Of a stretch of DNA of 64,000 nt, positions 48,719 through 58,479 are shown piece after piece. The translations under genes were made by a program, and so were the position numbers. The stretch is from positions 25,419 through 89,418 of IMG/VR virus record IMGVR_UViG_3300042526_000097; one strand, given 5' to 3'. The number at the start of each line of letters is the position of its first letter. Position 1 is the stretch's first letter. Source of the DNA: a virus. Under the pieces are notes generated by a model. The model did not search any database. It was not told the origin of the DNA and saw nothing but the letters and a program-made list of their open reading frames with translations.

Positions 48719-49930
48719 TTAGTTTATGTCTGGCACCTTTACCAGAGTCTCTTTAATACGTCTAGAGTCAAAGTCACTTATGGCACTTTCATACCAATTC
48801 TGATCTGCAGTATCTACTGCTACTAGTATTATGATTTTAGCTTTATGAGTTAGGTTGTCGTAACGGATACGAACCAACCTTCCTATTCTCTGTACTAGAT
48901 TACGGTCTACACTATCAACTTGTACTATAAGAGCATTATCAGGTTCACTAAGATTCTTACCTTCGTTTAGGGCCCTAACAGCACCTAACAAAGATATCTC
49001 TTTCTTTTGAAATTTCTCTAATGCATCTCTATTACTTTTTGAATGATATACCATATCTCCACATAAGACATTAGCCTGTTCAATACTACCTGCAAAGACT
49101 ACAGTTCTGCTGTTTGCACTTGTTATCTTTTCTAAACATAAGGTTGCTAGTCTCAGTTTAGAGGGTAAGTTATAGAGGAATTGGGCCCTATCAGAAATAG
49201 CTGAGAATCTAAAACCTTCTTTTCTTTTATCTGCCCTAGCTGCCATTGAAGCTATTTGAAGCTTTTTAGTCAGATACTTGTAATGAGCTAGTTCAGTAGT
49301 GTCAAAGGGTTTTAGTTTACTTCCAGCTTTTATGTTCTTATTAACACTATCCAAGTTAAACTTAATTACATGGACTTCAAAGTCTGCTATAAGACCCATG
49401 TCTACTGCCTCATCTGTAGTAATCTTATAGATGGTAGGAAAGAGTCTCTTTAGTAAGTGGACTCTCTCCATATCATCTGGATAAGCTACCTTGGGGAGAG
49501 TAGCAGTTAAACCTAGTACATAAGGTCTAGTAGGAAACTCTAGGAGTGTTTCAAGTTTTCTTAAGTTAGGTATAGTTACTCTATGACACTCATCATAGAT
49601 AATCATATCATACTTATCCAACTTCTCTTTCAGCAAAGCAGCATAGCATACAAACTTTATGTTACCAATGTCTGTATCCCATTTACTAAACTCTTCTGGC
49701 CAGTCTATATCTCTCATCTCTTCAGTTGGAACAACTATAAGTATCTGAGGAGACCCTTTGTCACTTTGATGCCACAGGTGACGGATAGACTCTATACAGC
49801 TAATAGCTATCTTAGTCTTACCGCACCCTGTAGCAAGTTCTGCACAACCATACCCTTCATTTTCTAACCAGGCTTCTTCAGCTTCTTTCTGTATCCTTAC
49901 CTTATTCTCTAATGCCTGTTCTTTGGTCAT
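48719..49930 (-). CDS. superfamily 2 DExH helicase
   Basis: ATGCGKT, DECH, GLTAT, LNEG, QRIGR. Confidence 0.9.
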   Translation of the reverse strand: MTKEQALENKVRIQKEAEEAWLENEGYGCAELATGCGKTKIAISCIESIRHLWHQSDKGSPQILIVVPTEEMRDIDWPEEFSKWDTDIGNIKFVCYAALLKEKLDKYDMIIYDECHRVTIPNLRKLETLLEFPTRPYVLGLTATLPKVAYPDDMERVHLLKRLFPTIYKITTDEAVDMGLIADFEVHVIKFNLDSVNKNIKAGSKLKPFDTTELAHYKYLTKKLQIASMAARADKRKEGFRFSAISDRAQFLYNLPSKLRLATLCLEKITSANSRTVVFAGSIEQANVLCGDMVYHSKSNRDALEKFQKKEISLLGAVRALNEGKNLSEPDNALIVQVDSVDRNLVQRIGRLVRIRYDNLTHKAKIIILVAVDTADQNWYESAISDFDSRRIKETLVKVPDIN

Positions 49931-50244
49931 TTCTTAAACCCTTTAGCTTGTAAGTAAAGAGAAGGAAGGAGTGCTCCTTCTCCTACTGTCATAAAAGATA
50001 GGTCTTCTTTGTGCCATTGAAGTAAGAGTTTAGTCCCTGTAGCTTGGAAGGTATGGTCTAAAGCATTAAACCTTAACATACCTGCTTTGTAAGCAAGTTC
50101 TACTTCATACTGTTCACTGTTTATTAGTAGAGAAGCTATTCTATTTGCATTTTCTCTATTAATCAAACTAGAGTTGTGTACTATTGTATCTACTATAGCT
50201 TGTTTCCTTACCTCATAAGAGGTCTTTTCTATTAGTTCTGTCAT
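49927..50244 (-). CDS. hypothetical protein
   Basis: 105-aa coupled ORF. Confidence 0.6.
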   Translation of the reverse strand: MTELIEKTSYEVRKQAIVDTIVHNSSLINRENANRIASLLINSEQYEVELAYKAGMLRFNALDHTFQATGTKLLLQWHKEDLSFMTVGEGALLPSLYLQAKGFKK

Positions 50245-50253
50245 GTTGTAATT

Positions 50254-51777
50254 TTAAGTGATTATAAATAGTTTTCTCTTAGCTCTTGTTACAGCTACAT
50301 ACTTAATCCTGTTCCTTTCTTCTGCTTGTAAGTCTTTGCCACCTATTACCTTCCTGTTACGGTTAATATCATCTAGCATGACTACACAGTTTTCATAAGA
50401 ACTACCTTGAGACTTGTGGACAGTTAAAGCATAGTTGTACTTTACTGAAGCAAACTCCTCTTGAAACTTAAAGTACTCTTTCCATGCTCCTTTCTTAGAG
50501 TAAGAATGAAAGGCTAAAGACTTTAAGTTATTAAGAGTAGTGTTGTATAAGTCCTCAGAGTCTTCATGAATTACCTGTATTTTTCTTACTAACTCCTTAT
50601 CATCCCTAACTATTTCAACTGTACAATCATACACTTTAAACTCTTGGTCTACTCGAAAGTTGTTAGGTATGAATCCTTTGTTGAGGAACTGTAGGGCCCA
50701 TAGTTTCTCTTCTCCTTCACGTATATGAGGGGGTTTACCAGCCAAAGCTTTTGTAACCATCTCTTCTTGTGTGTAGTGAGCATAGATAGGCAGCTTGATA
50801 GTCTTGACATTTGCTTGTAGCACCTTCATTTCTTCAGATGTGTTAGCTATAATCATCTTGTTACTTGATATTGTCTTATCAGCTACTAGATAATCACCCT
50901 TAACAATCTTAGGAGGATATTTGTCATCAAGTCTGTAACTACGTATCATGTCATTAGCCTTGTTAACTTGAAAGTTAGTCCAAGCAAGTACCTTGATATG
51001 ATCTTGATTGTTATCAAAATCTTCCTTAAACATAGGTAAGACAGTATCATAAAACTTTGAATTATCTAATTCTAATTCCTCTATACCAAAAGAAGGTGTA
51101 CTGCTTAAGAAGTCTTTGTAAGCTATGTCTTCCTGAACATGTGTACGGATAGCTGTAGCATACTTTAAGATAGGGTTATCTTTAGCTTGTCTCATAGGCT
51201 CAGTGAGGCAGAGTTTATGTACCTTGTAGGTATTAAACACTTCATCAGTAAACACATAAGATTGCTTCTCACCTACCGGGGGTATCTGTAAAGGGTCCCC
51301 TGTGAAGACTATCTTTAAGTTGTCATGCTTGTTTTTGTAGTCCATTAAGTGTAGAAACAGCTTAGGGTCTAGCATTGATACCTCATCAACTATAAGTATA
51401 CCTACCTCTCCTATTCTACCATCTTCATAGTTGTCAGCCTCATAACTTATTATACCCTTTTCAGATATCTTTTGTTTAAGGCTTAGAAGAGAGTGGATAG
51501 TAGCAAAGATAAAGTCCTCAGGTCGTTCTGAGTTAGTTCTAAGAACTCTTACAGCTTTGTGTGTAGGTGCAGAAATGGCTATAGACGTACTAGTTATAAA
51601 ATCTATTACTCTGTTTAGAGTATAGCTCTTACCTGTACCAGCAAAGCCTTCTAAGACTATAAAGTCTATTTTATTGTCATTTACTGTAGCATTCTCTAGG
51701 TATTCTAGTAATACTGTAGCTACTTCCTTCTGTGAAGGAGACAATGTATTGAATAGTACTACATCTTTAGTCATCAT
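50254..51777 (-). CDS. Dda/RecD-like SF1B helicase
   Basis: GFAGTGKS, APTHKA, DEVSM, GDPLQ, TVHKSQGSSY, YVAVTRAK. Confidence 0.9.
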   Translation of the reverse strand: MMTKDVVLFNTLSPSQKEVATVLLEYLENATVNDNKIDFIVLEGFAGTGKSYTLNRVIDFITSTSIAISAPTHKAVRVLRTNSERPEDFIFATIHSLLSLKQKISEKGIISYEADNYEDGRIGEVGILIVDEVSMLDPKLFLHLMDYKNKHDNLKIVFTGDPLQIPPVGEKQSYVFTDEVFNTYKVHKLCLTEPMRQAKDNPILKYATAIRTHVQEDIAYKDFLSSTPSFGIEELELDNSKFYDTVLPMFKEDFDNNQDHIKVLAWTNFQVNKANDMIRSYRLDDKYPPKIVKGDYLVADKTISSNKMIIANTSEEMKVLQANVKTIKLPIYAHYTQEEMVTKALAGKPPHIREGEEKLWALQFLNKGFIPNNFRVDQEFKVYDCTVEIVRDDKELVRKIQVIHEDSEDLYNTTLNNLKSLAFHSYSKKGAWKEYFKFQEEFASVKYNYALTVHKSQGSSYENCVVMLDDINRNRKVIGGKDLQAEERNRIKYVAVTRAKRKLFIIT

Positions 51778-52294
51778 TTGCTACCTCCCTTTTACCTGCT
51801 GTTGGCTGTACTAATTGAAAAACTATAGAACCATTAGATACCCCTAATGCTGGAGTGCCTTTAGTAAGATCTGCTTCTGCTTCCTGTTTAATGAACTTAA
51901 AGAGTAGAGCATACTTTTCAGAGTCTAACTTCTTAGCTCTTTTCTTGTTGTCAGTAAGATAAGATAGTAAGTGATTAGTTTCTGAGTAAATCATTTCATG
52001 GGATCCCTCTCCTGCTTTTACATAGTTCTTAAGAGCAATAGGTAAGATTTTAAGCTTATCTTTCTGTAGTTCTTTCATTACCCACTGCTGTGTTTGTGTG
52101 GGCAATAAAGGCACTAGCTTTCTCTGAAAGTCTAGGACTAGTTCTTTCATGTTGTGTTGTGTTTCTTCTGGTAACCCTATTACTGAGTCATGAAAAACCT
52201 GTCCCATGATGATGGCATTGCATATAGCCTCTTTGATCTGTTGGGTTACTAGTGAAGGGTTTTCTTCTGTACGGGTTATTACTTGTTGGGTCAT
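51767..52294 (-). CDS. hypothetical protein
   Basis: 175-aa coupled ORF. Confidence 0.6.
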   Translation of the reverse strand: MTQQVITRTEENPSLVTQQIKEAICNAIIMGQVFHDSVIGLPEETQHNMKELVLDFQRKLVPLLPTQTQQWVMKELQKDKLKILPIALKNYVKAGEGSHEMIYSETNHLLSYLTDNKKRAKKLDSEKYALLFKFIKQEAEADLTKGTPALGVSNGSIVFQLVQPTAGKREVANDD

Positions 52295-52665
52295 ATTATG
52301 TTTTGTTTTATGATATGTTTGAAAAGATAAGTTGCTTCTAAATCGTTTGTACTTAATAAATTTTTAAATGTAGCTATGCTATGTATGATTGTAGTATGGT
52401 CTCTACCTCCTAAGTCTTTACCTATTTGTGTCAATGATACTGTTTGGTAGTTAGCCTTTAGTATGAATGAGTAGGCTTGTCTTATGACAACTAAATTCCT
52501 AGACCTACGAGACCCATATATATGTTCTACTGTAACATTAGCTCTGTTGTATTCGTTACTAGCCTGTATTAAAGCCTCTAAAAGTTTAGACTTTACATTA
52601 GGTGGGAATGCTTCGTAATGCCTTAATCCTGGTATTGCAAGATAGTTTATTGCTATTTGGTCCAT
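52291..52665 (-). CDS. DnaA C-terminal (domain IV) HTH protein
   Basis: RSRNLVVIRQ...SLTQIGKDLGGRDHTTIIHS. Confidence 0.85.
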   Translation of the reverse strand: MDQIAINYLAIPGLRHYEAFPPNVKSKLLEALIQASNEYNRANVTVEHIYGSRRSRNLVVIRQAYSFILKANYQTVSLTQIGKDLGGRDHTTIIHSIATFKNLLSTNDLEATYLFKHIIKQNII

Positions 52666-54803
52666 ACGTCACTTATGTTTGTATCAGCCTTTAACAAGCC
52701 TGAGGGGATTATAATTTTAGCAGCCTCACACATTAAGTTATCAAACTCCACTTTCCACCACTCTGCTATGTCTTCTGTACAAGTAGTAGTTAGTTGGTCA
52801 TGGACATTTAATAGTAGATGTATCTTATCCTGTAAGTTGTTATCTCTAATATACTTATAGGTCTTCCACATAGCTAACTTAATGATGTCGGCTCCTGAAC
52901 CCTGAATTGGGTGATTTTTGCTTTGTCTCTCTATTCTACCTAGTGCAGTATTAAACTGTATACCTTTTAGGTGAGACTCTATTTCTGTTTTGTACATCTC
53001 CCAAGTTGGGAACCATCTCTTTCGAAAGATAGGACTTAAAGTTTGAGTGTAGCCATTCTGTACGCCAAACATACCAAAGGATTGTAAGGTCTTTTTAATT
53101 TGAGGAAATGTTTTAAAGTAGTCATCAATTAACTTCTCTGCTTCCTTAACAGAACATTTAAGTGTAGATGCCAGTTTATACTGTGACATACCGTAAGCCA
53201 GGCCAAAGTTAACAGACTTGATAGCTGTCCTGAATGTCTTATGTCCTTTACACTTACACTTATCTCTCTTAGTAACAAAGACACAGCCATCCTGAGTAGC
53301 ATCTGTCCATTTCTTTCCAAATACCATTGCAGCAGTTACACTGTGCAAGTCCTCTCCTCTTTCTATAGCCTTATACCATACATCATCTTGGGATGCAAAA
53401 GCTATAAGACATAACTCTTGGCCGGTATAGTCACTATCTACAAACTTCCAACCAGGTTCATAAATAAAACAGTTTCTATATCTATTACCTACTGCCTCAT
53501 ATCCTGGGATTTGTTGCATATTAGGTTTTAGAGATGAAGATCTGCCCGTACTTACTACTTGATTGTAATTAGTCCTTACTCTACCGTCAGGCTCAACAAA
53601 CTTCTCAATGAAAGCCTCACCAAAAGAAGACATAAGTTTCAAGGAGTCTTTATACTCTGATAGTCTTATGAATACCTCATGTGTAGCCTTAGATAGAGAC
53701 TCTTCGTCTAGTCCTTTGAGTTTAGGTTCTACACCCTGTAGTACATTTAATGCTTGTTGTTGAGAATTCCAGTTAATGTTTATAGTACCCTTAGGTAGTA
53801 CAAGTTCTCTAGATATCAACTCTTCATTGTGATGCTCTATTAGATAGTCTATCAATGGTTTGGTATCTTTCTCCTCTAGACTTGCAAGAATATACTGTTG
53901 CTCTGTGGGTAAATTAGGATGGTTTCTTATGTACTTTTTAATGACACCTAAGCTACCTCCCTCAATGTCAGGGAATACCATCTTTAAGAGCTCTGCTTTT
54001 TGTGTATGTGCATTGATATTAAAGTTAATAGTATCTTCTGTTTTGTAGTAGCTATGTGATACAGCCTTGTCTAATAATCTAACATCCTCTCGTATCCATT
54101 GGTCTAACTGTAGCTTAGCTTGGTTTACTATAGGTTCAGCAAGACTAACATTCTCCATCCACTTCTCATTATCTAACTTTACACCATGAAAGGTGCAGTC
54201 AGAAAAAGCTAAGAGACATCTCATCTCTAACCAAACAGCATTGCCTAAGTTCCAGTTGTCAATCTCAACCTTTTGAATGTCTCTTATCTTACCTAAATGG
54301 ACCACATCGTCTGCAGCATATTTAATCTTTTCAGGAGTTAAGTAACCATCTCCAAAACTAGTCTGTAAAGTCTTGTCTAGGTTTAGGTTACAATACTTCC
54401 AAGTAAGATCAGACAAAGAGTAGTTAGCATTCTCAATACCTCCATTGAGTATCTTCTCAGCAATCATAGTACAGTAGACATTGTGTATCTCTATATCATA
54501 GAACTTAAGAACTATATACTCAAAAGCAGCATTATGAATGAGTTTCAGTACTGACCAATCTTCTAGTATACTCTTAATGTAGTCTACTTGACCCGGAGAG
54601 AGCATACCAAATTCTAGTACATACTGTACATTACCTTCTACGTCACCAAACTGCATAGTCTTGCAACTCTTAGTACACCAAAAGGATGTAACATTAGTCT
54701 CAATATCAAACTGGACTTCTTTAAGGTCCTTAATCCAATCTTGAAACTCTTCCCAATTACCTGAGTATTGAGGCATGTCTGTACTTATTACCGTTTTAAT
54801 CAT
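52653..54803 (-). CDS. polA: DNA polymerase family A with 3'-5' exonuclease
   Basis: FDIET, HNAAFE, YAADD; TGRSSS..PNMQQIP, DYTGQEL, KSVNFGLAYG, NHPIQGSGAD, VHDQ. Confidence 0.95.
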   Translation of the reverse strand: MIKTVISTDMPQYSGNWEEFQDWIKDLKEVQFDIETNVTSFWCTKSCKTMQFGDVEGNVQYVLEFGMLSPGQVDYIKSILEDWSVLKLIHNAAFEYIVLKFYDIEIHNVYCTMIAEKILNGGIENANYSLSDLTWKYCNLNLDKTLQTSFGDGYLTPEKIKYAADDVVHLGKIRDIQKVEIDNWNLGNAVWLEMRCLLAFSDCTFHGVKLDNEKWMENVSLAEPIVNQAKLQLDQWIREDVRLLDKAVSHSYYKTEDTINFNINAHTQKAELLKMVFPDIEGGSLGVIKKYIRNHPNLPTEQQYILASLEEKDTKPLIDYLIEHHNEELISRELVLPKGTININWNSQQQALNVLQGVEPKLKGLDEESLSKATHEVFIRLSEYKDSLKLMSSFGEAFIEKFVEPDGRVRTNYNQVVSTGRSSSLKPNMQQIPGYEAVGNRYRNCFIYEPGWKFVDSDYTGQELCLIAFASQDDVWYKAIERGEDLHSVTAAMVFGKKWTDATQDGCVFVTKRDKCKCKGHKTFRTAIKSVNFGLAYGMSQYKLASTLKCSVKEAEKLIDDYFKTFPQIKKTLQSFGMFGVQNGYTQTLSPIFRKRWFPTWEMYKTEIESHLKGIQFNTALGRIERQSKNHPIQGSGADIIKLAMWKTYKYIRDNNLQDKIHLLLNVHDQLTTTCTEDIAEWWKVEFDNLMCEAAKIIIPSGLLKADTNISDVWTK

Positions 54804-55185
54804 ATCTTTTATCTATTAGTTTAGACTCATCTGACAACGTGCTATAAGAATAGACTTCTAACCCAAACTCATCTATGTAAATCTCATCCCCATTAACTAC
54901 TAGCTGAGCAACTTTAATATCCTCAAGATCGATTAAATTGTTTTCTAGCATCTTCTCATGTATTGGTGAAAAGACTAAAGAATGGTCTACAGTAGTTTTA
55001 ACTTGAAAGTTTAAGCTCTTTAAGTATCTTATCGTATCAGTCCTGCTCATGCCAAACGGTAGAATTAACTCAACCGGGGAAAGTTTAAGCTTTTCTTCTC
55101 CTATCGTATGAGGACTGTCTATGAGTACTCTTGGACCATTTTCTGACATGAAGAGTCTGTAGTCTTTTGTAAAGTCGAATCCCAT
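54796..55185 (-). CDS. hypothetical protein
   Basis: 129-aa ORF overlapping the ung 3' end. Confidence 0.5.
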   Translation of the reverse strand: MGFDFTKDYRLFMSENGPRVLIDSPHTIGEEKLKLSPVELILPFGMSRTDTIRYLKSLNFQVKTTVDHSLVFSPIHEKMLENNLIDLEDIKVAQLVVNGDEIYIDEFGLEVYSYSTLSDESKLIDKRYD

Positions 55186-55841
55186 ATTATAGGTTTTACA
55201 TTGTTTTTTAATAGGAATCTATTAGCCTTCACAAAATGGTTACTTTCAGTGAACTTATGTCTCCTATAGACTTCTGCCATAGGATGATAATTCTTTAGTA
55301 CCAATTTGGATCCCTTTATGTAAGGTCTTATGTAGGTGTTGTAAGTTTCTTCTGCACTATCTCCCCAAATCATAAAGACTATGGGTTGATTACTTTGTGC
55401 AAGAGCCTTTAATGTAGCCCCGGTGAACTGTTGCCACCCTAGACTGCTATGGGCCAAACTCTTTCCTTTTGTAGTAGTTAAGATAGTATTCAGTAAGAAC
55501 ACACCTTGTTTACTCCAATCAGATAAGTCCCCATTTGTTCTTTTAATAATAGATAACCCACTCTTAAGTAGTTCATTAAAGATGATATTAAGAGAACTAG
55601 ACACCTTACCCTCATTAGAAGAGAAAGCTAATCCACTGTCTCCCTCATCAGGGGAAGGGTCTAGTCCTAATATTACTACCTTAACATCCTCTAAGGGAGT
55701 CTCATATACTTTAAAGACTTCAGATAAGTGTGGACACAGTTCAGTAGAGATTGACCGTATCTTGTCATAAAGTACCTTAAAGTACTTCTTCTTTGTCTCT
55801 TTCTGTAGTACTGTGTACCATGTCTGTAGTTCTTTCTGCAT
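55119..55841 (-). CDS. ung: uracil-DNA glycosylase, family 1, variant motif
   Basis: VKVVILGLDPS, GLAFS, LSDWSKQGVFLLNT, GWQQFT, VFMIWG, HP, HFVKANRFL. Confidence 0.9.
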   Translation of the reverse strand: MQKELQTWYTVLQKETKKKYFKVLYDKIRSISTELCPHLSEVFKVYETPLEDVKVVILGLDPSPDEGDSGLAFSSNEGKVSSSLNIIFNELLKSGLSIIKRTNGDLSDWSKQGVFLLNTILTTTKGKSLAHSSLGWQQFTGATLKALAQSNQPIVFMIWGDSAEETYNTYIRPYIKGSKLVLKNYHPMAEVYRRHKFTESNHFVKANRFLLKNNVKPIIWDSTLQKTTDSSCQKMVQEYS

Positions 55842-56031
55842 CTGCTCTTTTGTTATGTACTGTTTCTAAAATTAATCCACCACTAATGTGTTTGTCACCT
55901 ATCCTAAGGTTATCAGTAATGGTAGAAACAGTTGCTCCGTCTAGCTGTTTGAGTACAGCCATATCTATCTCATCAGTTCCTGTTAGGACTAACTTAATAG
56001 TTCCATTCTTAATAATAGTTCCGTGTATCAT
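55777..56031 (-). CDS. hypothetical protein
   Basis: 84-aa ORF at the head of the operon. Confidence 0.55.
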   Translation of the reverse strand: MIHGTIIKNGTIKLVLTGTDEIDMAVLKQLDGATVSTITDNLRIGDKHISGGLILETVHNKRADAERTTDMVHSTTERDKEEVL

Positions 56032-56074
56032 GCTGTTTATGTTTTAAAAATTTAATTGTGTTTTAAAATTTATG

Positions 56075-56084
56075 TATCTTTGTA
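56075..56084 (+). promoter_or_regulatory. TAnnTTTG late promoter
   Basis: TATCTTTGTA 2 nt before ATG 56087. Confidence 0.7.
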
Positions 56085-56086
56085 TT

Positions 56087-56959
56087 ATGGCCAAGAAAAA
56101 ATATACTTATCCAGTTTCCCCTACACCTCAAGATGCTACTTATGCTTCTAGATCTTTACGTATTCCTCTTAAAGGCAGTCCAGAAGATATCTGGTATAGT
56201 GCTAACAAAGTAAAGACTTTTTCCCCTAATGGCCGTTTGCCTCTTACTAAAATTGTTAACTATTTAGGTGAAAAGATTAATCCTAACTTAGAAGTTATTC
56301 CTAAAAATCTAGTAAATTATAAAGGACGTGACATTGCTATAGCTTACCATGGGGGTAACAATACTGATGAAGTTTCAAAGTCTACAGGTTCTACTACAAG
56401 TGATTTATCTAATGCAGAACGTGGTGTAATGGCTAGACTTGCTTGGAATGCCTATAATAGAACAGGAAAGCAGCAAGGGGGTACAACTTATGATGACTAT
56501 AGAAATCTTACTGATGCTAGAGGCAATAAAGAACTTACTAAGATACAAGCCGGTAACCCTAATCCTATAATTGAAACTGCTAAAAGTTTTATAGATCCCG
56601 TAACAAGAATGGCTACTTATGTAGGACAAGCTTCATATACTATGGATCCTGAAAACAAGAACGTACTTATAACTGATAAGTATGATTTTAAGAATCCCAT
56701 GTCTACTGATAAGAATGGTAAGATGAAAAAGGGGTATCTAGATAAGCCTACTAATAATGCTGCAACAGATTTCTATAGGTCTGAACGTAAAAAGGCATCT
56801 CAACAAGATGAGGGTTATAATATGCCTATGCCTAATATAAAATTTAGTATACCTATATCAGATACTCAATACTATACCCCTCCAGTTGCTCCGGCTAAAC
56901 GCTTTGGAGGTAGTCTTTTTAGCAACATAAAAGCTGCAAAAAGAAGTAAGATGAATTGA
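56087..56959 (+). CDS. hypothetical protein, putative virion cargo, on the opposite strand
   Basis: Start reassigned to ATG 56087 (MAKKKY); C-terminal KRFGG motif and basic tail. Confidence 0.65.
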   Translation: MAKKKYTYPVSPTPQDATYASRSLRIPLKGSPEDIWYSANKVKTFSPNGRLPLTKIVNYLGEKINPNLEVIPKNLVNYKGRDIAIAYHGGNNTDEVSKSTGSTTSDLSNAERGVMARLAWNAYNRTGKQQGGTTYDDYRNLTDARGNKELTKIQAGNPNPIIETAKSFIDPVTRMATYVGQASYTMDPENKNVLITDKYDFKNPMSTDKNGKMKKGYLDKPTNNAATDFYRSERKKASQQDEGYNMPMPNIKFSIPISDTQYYTPPVAPAKRFGGSLFSNIKAAKRSKMN

Positions 56960-57099
56960 ACCACTATGATGAGTGGGACAATAACACAAAAAATCCAGAC
57001 ATTAACAGCTTCATAAGTAGTATGCATATAAAATGCTAATTCTTCTAAAGCTTCTACACACCATTTAAATATGGTATTGATTTCAGTATTTGTAATCAT
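56872..57099 (-). CDS. small membrane protein
   Basis: FKWCV..L......TTYEAVNVWIFCV plus a TM segment. Confidence 0.6.
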   Translation of the reverse strand: MITNTEINTIFKWCVEALEELAFYMHTTYEAVNVWIFCVIVPLIIVVQFILLLFAAFMLLKRLPPKRLAGATGGV

Positions 57100-57257
57100 G
57101 GTTTAAAAGTTTGTAGGTACTCAAGTAAGTACTTCGCATAGGAAGTCATCAACTCTGCACCCTTGTAAACAAAAAAGTCTTTCCCTTCTTTTACAGCCTT
57201 GTTATAGGCCTTTTGTAATGGCTTCAGGTCTTCCACTGTTATTACTGGTCTTGGCAT
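57096..57257 (-). CDS. 53-aa hypothetical protein (not in the ORF track)
   Basis: MPRPVITVEDLKPLQKAYNKAVKEGKDFFVYKGAELMTSYAKYLLEYLQTFKP; TAATG and ATGA overlaps with both neighbours. Confidence 0.7.
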   Translation of the reverse strand: MPRPVITVEDLKPLQKAYNKAVKEGKDFFVYKGAELMTSYAKYLLEYLQTFKP

Positions 57258-57961
57258 TAGTCTAAAAGTTTAAAGTGAACAAGCATTTTCTTGACTTCGT
57301 CCACTAGCTCCTCAATAGAACCTGAGTTGTTGAGTACATAGTCAAACTTGTGAGAGTCAAGAGCAGTTTCTGAAGAGTGTAATACTCTAGAGTGAAAAGA
57401 ACTCTTTCTATCTATTTGTATGCACAATCCTCCTTTGCTCTTGATAGCCTCATACTCGTTAGGAAATCTGAGGTCAGTGATGACCCAATTAGGATATATA
57501 TCCTTACTTACACTCTCACCTTTTTTCCATATACTAGAGTCAGAATCAAGTCCTAAGTTATACACTTCTGCAACAGGGTAGTAGCCAGCAAATAAAGCAT
57601 TAACCCAAGTGTTGGGATGTAGTCCATTTCTTATAGCCTCTGTTCCTAGCTTTTGTAGAAACAATCTATAAGTCATAGGTATAAAGGCACAAGCATCTTC
57701 TCCTTCATCTCCATCAAACTCTGTAATCTGTTTAAAGTAGGACCAAGATGAACTCATATAAGAGTCTTTGAACTTTTGATCTTCAAATTGTTCTGCTGGT
57801 ATGCCAGTAAGTAGAGAGGCTACATCTTTGAGTTTACCTGCAAACTTCTTGATTTTCCAGTCAGTTTGATTCTGTAGTAAATGTTGTATAATAATTCCTA
57901 CCGTGTCTTTGCCGGAACCTATTCTTCCTGAGATTCCTATCAGGTTTGGTTTCTTTGTCAT
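57257..57961 (-). CDS. deoxynucleoside monophosphate kinase
   Basis: IGISGRIGSGKDT, FAGKLK, LQKLGTE, ITDLRFPNE, HSSETALD. Confidence 0.9.
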   Translation of the reverse strand: MTKKPNLIGISGRIGSGKDTVGIIIQHLLQNQTDWKIKKFAGKLKDVASLLTGIPAEQFEDQKFKDSYMSSSWSYFKQITEFDGDEGEDACAFIPMTYRLFLQKLGTEAIRNGLHPNTWVNALFAGYYPVAEVYNLGLDSDSSIWKKGESVSKDIYPNWVITDLRFPNEYEAIKSKGGLCIQIDRKSSFHSRVLHSSETALDSHKFDYVLNNSGSIEELVDEVKKMLVHFKLLD

Positions 57962-58284
57962 GTGTTTAATAGTTTTTCAGTGAATTCTTCTACTTGTCTT
58001 CTCTTCTCATCATCCATCTGTACCATCATTCCAAGTACGTTCTGAACAGATAAGGTTTCCCAATTGTCTGTAAGTTCTTTTCTCATTACCTCTGCCATCT
58101 CTTTAGATACTATTAAGTTTAAATCTGTTTGGACGGAATCAATCTTTTTGATTTGGAAGTTTAGAAAGTTCTTAGCCTGTCTTTCTGCTTTTACTTCTAT
58201 AACAAAATGTCTTAAGTATTTAGAGGCATTAGTGAGTAGAAGTAAGGAGGTTTTTAAATAGTATTCTGATGAATTGTTTTGCAT
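57958..58284 (-). CDS. hypothetical protein
   Basis: 108-aa ORF. Confidence 0.6.
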   Translation of the reverse strand: MQNNSSEYYLKTSLLLLTNASKYLRHFVIEVKAERQAKNFLNFQIKKIDSVQTDLNLIVSKEMAEVMRKELTDNWETLSVQNVLGMMVQMDDEKRRQVEEFTEKLLNT

Positions 58285-58310
58285 TTTATGTGATTTGTTA
58301 GTATGTAATT

Positions 58311-58462
58311 AAAAAAGATTCAGCTTTGTTTATCAGGCTCATCTCTTCTGCACGAGATTTACAGTGAGTCTTAGGACACTCTTTCGAGGGCAGACCAGAC
58401 TCTATTTGCCAGACAGGTATAAACTTGGCTCTACTACCTCTTAGTGTAGAGTACTAAATCTT
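58311..58462 (-). ncRNA. candidate structured ncRNA
   Basis: 10-bp closing stem AAGATTTAGT/GCTGAATCTT, several internal hairpins including CTC-GAAA-GAG, ends in U6. Confidence 0.5.
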
Positions 58463-58479
58463 AAAACAAAGAAACGAAA

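Noticed and set aside
52790-52810. PolA motif C reads HDQ rather than HDE
   Set aside because: The catalytic Asp is retained; likely a tolerated variant, with no evidence of altered function
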